Of a stretch of 64,000 nucleotides of DNA, positions 57,865-64,000 are shown one piece after another; positions within the stretch are counted from its first letter, which is position 1; each line of letters starts with the position of its first letter. A program made the position numbers and the translations under genes. Source of the stretch: an uncultured Pseudomonadota bacterium (GTDB taxonomy: Bacteria > Oederibacteriota > Muellerivitia > Muellerivitales > Muellerivitaceae); NCBI GenBank assembly GCA_963836235.1, contig CAWIIP010000002.1, forward strand, positions 50,025 to 114,024, given 5' to 3'. A model generated the notes under the pieces. That model saw only the letters and a program-made list of their open reading frames with translations. It was not told the origin of the DNA and did not search any database.

Positions 57865-59063
57865 AGGCTCACCTCGTAATGGGTTCCGAAGGTCCAATGA
57901 CCGTAATCAACATTCACGCGGTTTAACTGTTGGTCAGTATCCGCGTTTTGCCAAACAATAAAATCGTAACCCACCGAAAACTTAAGGTGTGAAGAAGCGT
58001 CGAGTTTGAGTTGATAAGAGGGTTCCAGGCCCAAAAGAAAACCACCGCCGTCATAAAAAGAGTTTCCAATAGGATAGTCATTGGCCAATATATATTTTAC
58101 CTGGGCTAAAACTGTGAAATCGCCAAAGGCGTAACTGGGGGTTAAATAAAACCTCGTCCCCAGGGAACCATTGGATTGTGAAACCATCTGAGTCGGTAGA
58201 AAATACTGTCCACCTACCTCGAAAGAAAAAGCCTTGGGATTCGACCAGCCATAGGAAGCGTTCAAGTTGGGCCCCATCGTCAGCAAGTTAGAGCCGTCTA
58301 ACTTGGTGGAAAGGAAATAAAAGGCCGATAGCCGGATGACATCGCTCTGGCCGCCCCCATGATCCGCCAATCGGTTCAAAGAGAGAAATACCGAATCCCC
58401 CAGTTTCAACTGTTCCGCCGGGCTCCCCACTTCTCCATAATAGGGATTGAAAGCACCTGTATACATATAGCCCGCCGCCAAGCCGAACTGTTCTCCTCCG
58501 GCCTGAAGGGAAAGTCCGTAAAGCAGACTCGTCCCGAAACCCCTTCCCCGATAGTCGCTGTCGATAAACTCAGTGGGAACGATGGAATTGGTTTGCTGGG
58601 TCTCCCAGGCGGAATTGCCCGTGGGAATATTGATTCCAACACTCAAAATGGAAGGAAGGTCGAAGCTTTTGAAATCGGTCTGCAAACCCAACACCGTGTC
58701 CGAAAAGTGCCTTAAGGAAATAGTCTCGGTGGTTCCATCCTGCGAATCCGTATAGTTTCCAGCGGCATATTCGGTCTGGGCGAAAACCCGACCGCCATTC
58801 CAGGGAATGACCGATAAAGTCAATGGCGTTAAAACTTCCCAGCCGTTGTCCGGAAGGGGGCTATTGGATTGCCAACCCACCCCTTGGACTCCGAGGTCCA
58901 AGGTCCCCCAAGGGGCCGGAGCTTTCGCCGGCGGATTTTCAGTTTGGGCCAGAACTGATGTAAGACACCCGAAAAAAACTATGGCTAGTAGAGCAAAAGA
59001 AACTCCGTGAAGATTTCGGAGAAAGAACTGAACTGTTGGTTTCAAATATTGGGCCGCGATCAT
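57861..59063 (-). CDS. Putative outer-membrane beta-barrel protein (400 aa)
   Basis: Signal peptide ..FALLAIVFFGCLTSVLAQ. G/Y/S/N-rich alternating pattern throughout. ATGA overlaps at both ends. Confidence 0.5.
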   Translation of the reverse strand: MIAAQYLKPTVQFFLRNLHGVSFALLAIVFFGCLTSVLAQTENPPAKAPAPWGTLDLGVQGVGWQSNSPLPDNGWEVLTPLTLSVIPWNGGRVFAQTEYAAGNYTDSQDGTTETISLRHFSDTVLGLQTDFKSFDLPSILSVGINIPTGNSAWETQQTNSIVPTEFIDSDYRGRGFGTSLLYGLSLQAGGEQFGLAAGYMYTGAFNPYYGEVGSPAEQLKLGDSVFLSLNRLADHGGGQSDVIRLSAFYFLSTKLDGSNLLTMGPNLNASYGWSNPKAFSFEVGGQYFLPTQMVSQSNGSLGTRFYLTPSYAFGDFTVLAQVKYILANDYPIGNSFYDGGGFLLGLEPSYQLKLDASSHLKFSVGYDFIVWQNADTDQQLNRVNVDYGHWTFGTHYEVSL

Positions 59064-60001
59064 GGAACGGCCTCCCCTGGTGGAACAATAATGTGGATCT
59101 TGACACTTTGTTGGGATTGGTTAAGGTTGTTATCTCCGTTGATTAAAATTCCACCCAAAAATTGGTTGTTCAAATCGCCAAGGCAGGAGTTAGGTTGTAA
59201 TCCTGAAGAACCGTTACCTTCTGTTCCAGTTTGAGTGCCGTTACCGGGAGTGTTAGAAGAACCGGTGTTTGAATTATCTTGTCCGTTGTCGGTTCCACTG
59301 TTTCCGGTAGAACCGCCATTGGCCCCGGAATTGTTGCCATTGTTTCCTCCAGACCCATTACCCGAGGAGCCCCCGGAACTTCCTTTGCCACCGTTGCCTC
59401 CACCCTTACCAGAGGAACCCGCGTTCAATAATTTTCCATCCCATTTTCCGTTGAAGAAACGCCCTTCTTGCCCCTTCCCAAACAACTGGGTTGCCCCTCC
59501 GCTGGCCGCACCGACCAAGCCCTCAAGAACACTTAAATCCAACTTTTTAGTGTCCGGATCGAAGTTCATGGAAAACTGCGTTCCCCGGACCCCGCAAACC
59601 ACTCCTCCCGCCTCCACCTCGAAACTGGATTTGGCGGTTATGAGTTTCCGTACCTGCGCAAACAGTTTGCCGATCGCTAGTTGGAATAAAAAATTCTTGG
59701 TCTCGGGAGAAGGTTGGGTCAAGGAGGTGATGGTTAAACGGCTGTTGGCGGATAAGTCCAGCGATGAACCATCGGGAAGGCTAACAGAAGCTTGAGAATC
59801 GGATCCCACCTGAATGGTATCTCCCGGATGGATCACATGACCAAGGACAGCCTTACGAGAATGGCCTTTAGGCGTAAAAACCTTAACCTGCCCCTTGAAC
59901 GATGAAAAAGTGGCGTCCTTTTTCCCTTCCCCCAGCGCACTGGAGGCGAGCCCATAGACCGATAAAAGAAAAAGTAAAAATAATGTTCCAGCTTTTTTCA
60001 T
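59060..60001 (-). CDS. Secreted FecR-domain protein with Gly/Ser/Asn-rich tail (313 aa)
   Basis: Signal MKKAGTLFLLFLLSVYGLASSALG. FecR-like F.G.V.V........A..G..I..GD.I..G..S.A.V.L.DGS.L.L..NS.L.I. Residues ~195-285 are almost only G/S/N/T. Confidence 0.6.
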   Translation of the reverse strand: MKKAGTLFLLFLLSVYGLASSALGEGKKDATFSSFKGQVKVFTPKGHSRKAVLGHVIHPGDTIQVGSDSQASVSLPDGSSLDLSANSRLTITSLTQPSPETKNFLFQLAIGKLFAQVRKLITAKSSFEVEAGGVVCGVRGTQFSMNFDPDTKKLDLSVLEGLVGAASGGATQLFGKGQEGRFFNGKWDGKLLNAGSSGKGGGNGGKGSSGGSSGNGSGGNNGNNSGANGGSTGNSGTDNGQDNSNTGSSNTPGNGTQTGTEGNGSSGLQPNSCLGDLNNQFLGGILINGDNNLNQSQQSVKIHIIVPPGEAVP

Positions 60002-60236
60002 AAGAATTCTTGAAACCCTTTACCGAAAGATTCGACCGGGTATTTTCAGCACCTGACCACGAGCACGAATTTAAAAAATCGAAGAACCCATGGATTTTTC
60101 AAAACTCCGAAAAATACCCGCCCTTGTTCAGATTTTCAATTATTTATTCTTCAAAGCGATGCGTTGTATTTTCACTGGTCATATCATGTGGAGAAAAGAT
60201 GTGGGAGACCTTATCCAACAATCGAAACCAAAAAGT

Positions 60237-60470
60237 CTAGTTTGGGTTAGTCCCCCGGGGATGAGTACTGCCGGTAATGGGATTCGTTTTGGTCCCACGC
60301 TTCGTGGTTGACTTATGGCCAGTCGGGGCCGAAGTGCTAACCAAGGTTCCCTTGATCGGATTTTCTTTACTACCCAAGGGCGCGCCATTGGTGCTGGTCT
60401 GGGCCAGCAATAGGACCGGAACAGAGATCGTGGCCATGGCAGCTGCCACTACTAAATACTTTCGAACCAT
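60237..60470 (-). CDS. Small secreted T/G/P/K-rich peptide (77 aa precursor)
   Basis: Internal ATG at 60470 with AAGGAGG 6 nt upstream. Signal MVRKYLVVAAAMATISVPVLLLAQ. The track's 150-aa version adds an unlikely N-terminal extension. Confidence 0.5.
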   Translation of the reverse strand: MVRKYLVVAAAMATISVPVLLLAQTSTNGAPLGSKENPIKGTLVSTSAPTGHKSTTKRGTKTNPITGSTHPRGTNPN

Positions 60471-60737
60471 AAAAAACCTCCTTGAACGGCTTGTCGGCGA
60501 CAATATGTTAGCCCCAATAGAAGATTTAAGAAAATAAAAAAACACTCCCCCACACGAATGAAATTTCGACGAAATTGAGGAGCCGGAGAGCCTGAAAATA
60601 CGCCAAGAATAATGGTTTTTATGGTTTACAAGAATTTGACAAAGAAAAATAAATTGGTGCCCAGGTCGGACTTGGACCAACATGTCCATAGTGAATCTTA
60701 TTGAAAAAGAATATTTTATTTAAAAAAACGGCGTAAC

Positions 60738-63700
60738 TTACTGGATCACCAAGACCTTCAGAACTTTGGAGGTTTTTACCGGGCCGGAGACCTGGACCCT
60801 GAGGTAGTAAAGGCCGTTGGCCACCGGTCTTTTCCAGGCGTCTTCAAGATCCCACACAAGAATAGAGCTATTGCCCGAAACGGGATTGGAGTTATCCAGT
60901 ACCTTGCGGAAGGCCGTCGTAAAAACGCTCCATTCCACGGTGGAACCTAGGGGCACCTGCAATTGTAAAGACACCGGGCCTGAGCCCATCACGGGATTGG
61001 GATAGGGTGGTCCAATCACTACCCCTGTCACGCCTGGAGTGGGACTTATTGTCGGTGTCGAAGTGATTAAAGGTGTATTGGTCAACGTAGGTGTCCCAGT
61101 TAAGGTTGGCGTTAAGGTTGGGCTATAGGTCAGGGTAATGGTGGGTGTTTCGGAAGGAGTAAATGTTAAAGTTACCGTCGGGCTGTTGGTTAAGGTCGCT
61201 GTTGGGGTGATGGTCGCGGTGGCCGTTGTCGTAAAAGTGGGAGTTATCGTCGGACTTGCCGTGGGTGTCCGGGTGGGAGTAGGAGTCCGGACGATGGTCC
61301 AGCAGGATGCCGCGGGGCAGGTTCCAAAACTGTAAACCTGGCCGTTACTCCCGTCGGCCACAAACCATCCGCCGTTGCCCGCCGCCACGCCCTCGGTGTC
61401 GTAAAAATTCGCCCCGGTTCCTGGCCCGGAGACCACGCCCAAAACAGTTCCATTCGGATCAAAAACTCCCACGCTGCTGAAACCGTCAGTCACAAAAACA
61501 AGGCAGTCGCCGGTGGTCGCCAGGAAATTGGCGGTTAAAAGTGAAGTTTCAAGGGTCGCGTCCCACTGTCTTTTCCACTTCCCCGTCCCGTCGAAGACCT
61601 GGACTATTCCAGTTTCTCCGTCGGCTACGTAGACCTCTCCTTGGCCATTCAAGGCGACCCCCGCGGGCTCTAGGAAGCTTCCATCCCCATTTACGCCAGG
61701 GAAACCCCAGGCGGTCAGCGTGGAAACCGCCGGGATTCCGGTAGTGGTCACGAGGAACTCCTGCATTCGCTGATTCCCTGAATCCGCAACAAAAACCGTG
61801 GTGCCACTGGAGCCTGTAGTAACCGCGATGCCATAGGGCGCCTCGAATTGCCCGCCCCCCGAGCCAGAGGTCCCCCAGTTTAGGACCAGGGACCCCGAGG
61901 CGTTAAAGACGTCCACCATATTCTGTTGTTCATCCGTCACGTAGGCATAGCCGTTGGCGTCCATGGCCACTCCCACCGGCAGGGCCTCCGGCCCCAGAGA
62001 TAATGCGGGGCCCGGAACGTCGACGGAGTTGAAAGTATCCACCGCGTTCACCGAGCTATTCACCACATAGAGGTTCCCTCCCGTGTCCAAGGCGGCACCC
62101 CATGGCTGGGAAACCGCCAGGGGCGTCCCGACCAGGGGACAGGAAAGGATCGGTGCTGGGGGATAAGTAGGCGTGACGGTGGGCGTATACGTGAAGGTGG
62201 CCGTACTCTCGGGAACTGAACAATGCAATTTGATAATGGTATCCATGGACGTGTGTCCGGCGTAAACGTTTCCGGCCGGATCTACCGCGATGGATTGGCC
62301 GTAAACCGGCGCGATGGCGCAGCTCCATCGGAAATTGAAATTTGGATCAAATGTATAGTAATCCTCGACGGCCCCCACAAAGACATTCCCGAAGGCGTCC
62401 GCAACGATACGGCCCATATAATCGTTGCCGTTGGATGTTTGCCAGAAAGCATGGTATGCGTAGGTATTGGACCCCGCCGGTGCCTGAAGATACTGGAGCA
62501 CGCGTTGGGCAATGTCCCCATCCGACAGGTAAAGGGTCGAGGGTGCGCCGGCGTTCCCCGGGACGTACAGGATGCCGGGAGCGCCTTGGTGGACCGGGCT
62601 GGCATCGGTGGAAAATGACAACTGAGCCAAAGTGGAAGTACTGGCAGACTGGGTGATTAGGTACAGATTTCCGGAGTCGCAACCCGCGTAAATTTCCGGG
62701 TAGGACGACCCAGGGGCCACTGACAGGCTCCGCACCCCGTTTTCCGGGATGCTGAAGGTTTCCACGATATTCCCCGAGGGAAGTTGGGCCTTGAACACCT
62801 TGCTATTGTAGTCGGCTACGTACAAATAGCCGTCCCCCCCCATCGCCATGGCCGTGATGCTGTCAAAGGAAGCTGGCATGGAATTGTTCAGGATCGCCCC
62901 GTTCGCTGGGTTGAGCCCCAAAATCGTGGCGCCTCCGCCCGCGTAAAGAGTGGCGGGCCCCGAGGGATCATAAGCCAGGCCGTCTACGTCGGGAAGCGGA
63001 CCTGAAGTGACAGTCCAGGCCGTCAGGCAGCAGTTGGGAATGGATGTCGGGGTGAAGGTGGGAACGGCGGAGTTCCAAGTGAAGGTAGGTGTTGGTGTGG
63101 CCGTGGATGAGGGTGAAGCTGTCGCGGTAAAGGATACCGTGGGAGTGGCCGTGAGGATTGGAGTATTCGAGGGGGTTGAGGTGAGGGTGAGCGTTGGGGT
63201 CCAGGAGCCCGTTGAAGTGGCGGTGGCAGTGGGCACCGGGAAAGGCTGGAGGTAAATAAGGACTCGGCTTCGGTTATGGTTGGCCACGTAGAGGTTACCT
63301 TGGTCGTCAAAGGTTTCGGAATAATCCTGCGGCCCATAGTCCTTTAGGTAGGTGACTGGGTTAGCGCCCCCGCCCAGTGGATTCTGGAAGACCATGGTAA
63401 AAACAGAACCCCCGCTTTGGGCGTCCGAACCTGCGGTCATTACGGTGTCACCCGGGGAAAGAGCCGGTTCCCAGGGCCCCAATGCGTTGTAAACCATCGT
63501 GGCCGAAACCGCGTACAAGGGAGTAGCACCGCTGTTTTGGATGCTGGCTGCGCTGTACATCAGGATCCGGCCGTCACCGTTGAACTCCAGTGAATGGTCC
63601 CCCACGAACAGGTTTCCGTACTGGTCCAATACCGCTGATCCGGGGTTATTCATGTTGTTGTTGGCGGGGGTTCCTCCCGGATAGTCCACCGTGGTGGAGG

Positions 63701-63998
63701 TGGCGTTGGGCTGGCCCAGGATGATGTCCACCACTGGACTGGTCACCGGGTTGCGGATCCGCATCACCCGGCTGGCGTACTGGTCCGTGACCCATAGGTA
63801 GCTGGCGTCCGGGGCCACGGCCATGCCCTCGCAGTGAGCTGAACCCGCTTGTCCCGAGGCGTCAGTCAAACTCACTGAACCCCCGCCTAACAGGGGAATC
63901 GGCTGGGTTAAGGACAGTGTTAGGAAGGGAGACTCCTGGCCCATCAAGGGAAGCTGATAAACCCAGACTGAATGCTGACCGTTCGCGAGGGCCCACAA
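60738..63998 (-). CDS. NHL/beta-propeller repeat surface protein with three Thr/Pro linkers and a FlgD-Ig/T9SS-like C-terminal domain (partial; N-terminus beyond the right edge)
   Basis: NHL-type repeats (GQFEAPYGIAVTT..TVFVADSGNQRMQEF; GNLYVANHNRSRVLIY; GEVYVADGETGIVQVF). C-terminus PPYPNPV....VWDLED....NGLYYLRVQV....KVLVIQ. No signal peptide at the window edge, so the gene continues upstream. Confidence 0.7.
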   Translation of the reverse strand: MWALANGQHSVWVYQLPLMGQESPFLTLSLTQPIPLLGGGSVSLTDASGQAGSAHCEGMAVAPDASYLWVTDQYASRVMRIRNPVTSPVVDIILGQPNATSTTVDYPGGTPANNNMNNPGSAVLDQYGNLFVGDHSLEFNGDGRILMYSAASIQNSGATPLYAVSATMVYNALGPWEPALSPGDTVMTAGSDAQSGGSVFTMVFQNPLGGGANPVTYLKDYGPQDYSETFDDQGNLYVANHNRSRVLIYLQPFPVPTATATSTGSWTPTLTLTSTPSNTPILTATPTVSFTATASPSSTATPTPTFTWNSAVPTFTPTSIPNCCLTAWTVTSGPLPDVDGLAYDPSGPATLYAGGGATILGLNPANGAILNNSMPASFDSITAMAMGGDGYLYVADYNSKVFKAQLPSGNIVETFSIPENGVRSLSVAPGSSYPEIYAGCDSGNLYLITQSASTSTLAQLSFSTDASPVHQGAPGILYVPGNAGAPSTLYLSDGDIAQRVLQYLQAPAGSNTYAYHAFWQTSNGNDYMGRIVADAFGNVFVGAVEDYYTFDPNFNFRWSCAIAPVYGQSIAVDPAGNVYAGHTSMDTIIKLHCSVPESTATFTYTPTVTPTYPPAPILSCPLVGTPLAVSQPWGAALDTGGNLYVVNSSVNAVDTFNSVDVPGPALSLGPEALPVGVAMDANGYAYVTDEQQNMVDVFNASGSLVLNWGTSGSGGGQFEAPYGIAVTTGSSGTTVFVADSGNQRMQEFLVTTTGIPAVSTLTAWGFPGVNGDGSFLEPAGVALNGQGEVYVADGETGIVQVFDGTGKWKRQWDATLETSLLTANFLATTGDCLVFVTDGFSSVGVFDPNGTVLGVVSGPGTGANFYDTEGVAAGNGGWFVADGSNGQVYSFGTCPAASCWTIVRTPTPTRTPTASPTITPTFTTTATATITPTATLTNSPTVTLTFTPSETPTITLTYSPTLTPTLTGTPTLTNTPLITSTPTISPTPGVTGVVIGPPYPNPVMGSGPVSLQLQVPLGSTVEWSVFTTAFRKVLDNSNPVSGNSSILVWDLEDAWKRPVANGLYYLRVQVSGPVKTSKVLKVLVIQ

Positions 63999-64000
63999 AT

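Noticed and set aside
60562-60576. Perfect 15-bp palindrome AATTTCG-A-CGAAATT upstream of the small secreted-peptide gene (possible operator)
   Set aside because: About four 7+7 palindromes are expected by chance in 64 kb. There is no second copy and no nearby regulator to support it.

Overview
This 64-kb chromosomal window looks like it comes from an uncultivated diderm bacterium, judging by its outer-membrane-type proteins and a secretin. I saw no rRNA, CRISPR array, transposase or integrase. Nearly all genes are on the minus strand.

Left to right:
(i) A SAM-I riboswitch with terminator sits in front of an edge-truncated ThrC-family gene. It is followed by greA, a Fur-family regulator and envelope genes.
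(ii) An aspartate-family block: a PfkB kinase, two aminotransferases, then hom-thrC-lysC-cimA-murI.
(iii) mreB-mreC-mreD-mrdA-rodA.
(iv) The only plus-strand block is an AT-rich Tad/Flp-like pilus locus. It has two Flp prepilins, three TadE/TadG-like proteins, CpaB, a short CpaC secretin and a TadZ-like::CpaF fusion ATPase. It has no tadB/tadC or prepilin peptidase, and a GC-normal wedge splits it.
(v) thrS-infC-rpmI-rplT-trmH-pheS, with an ATT-start infC and a leader attenuator. This part also holds three tRNAs, ppa and a DUF4301-like gene.
(vi) An ExeA/MshM-like ATPase next to an 848-aa TPR/charged-helix protein.
(vii) A GC-rich cell-surface region. It contains Thr/Pro-linker proteins with FlgD-Ig/T9SS-like C-terminal domains, tandem PilZ genes, a GH10 xylanase and a 13-codon poly-Lys micro-ORF. 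It also contains a translationally coupled operon of a FecR-domain protein, a beta-barrel and a 2,257-aa repeat protein, whose giant gene has a three-level nested repeat architecture.

That operon and the atypical Tad locus are my best candidates for an undescribed system. All family assignments come from motif recognition by eye; no database search was run.
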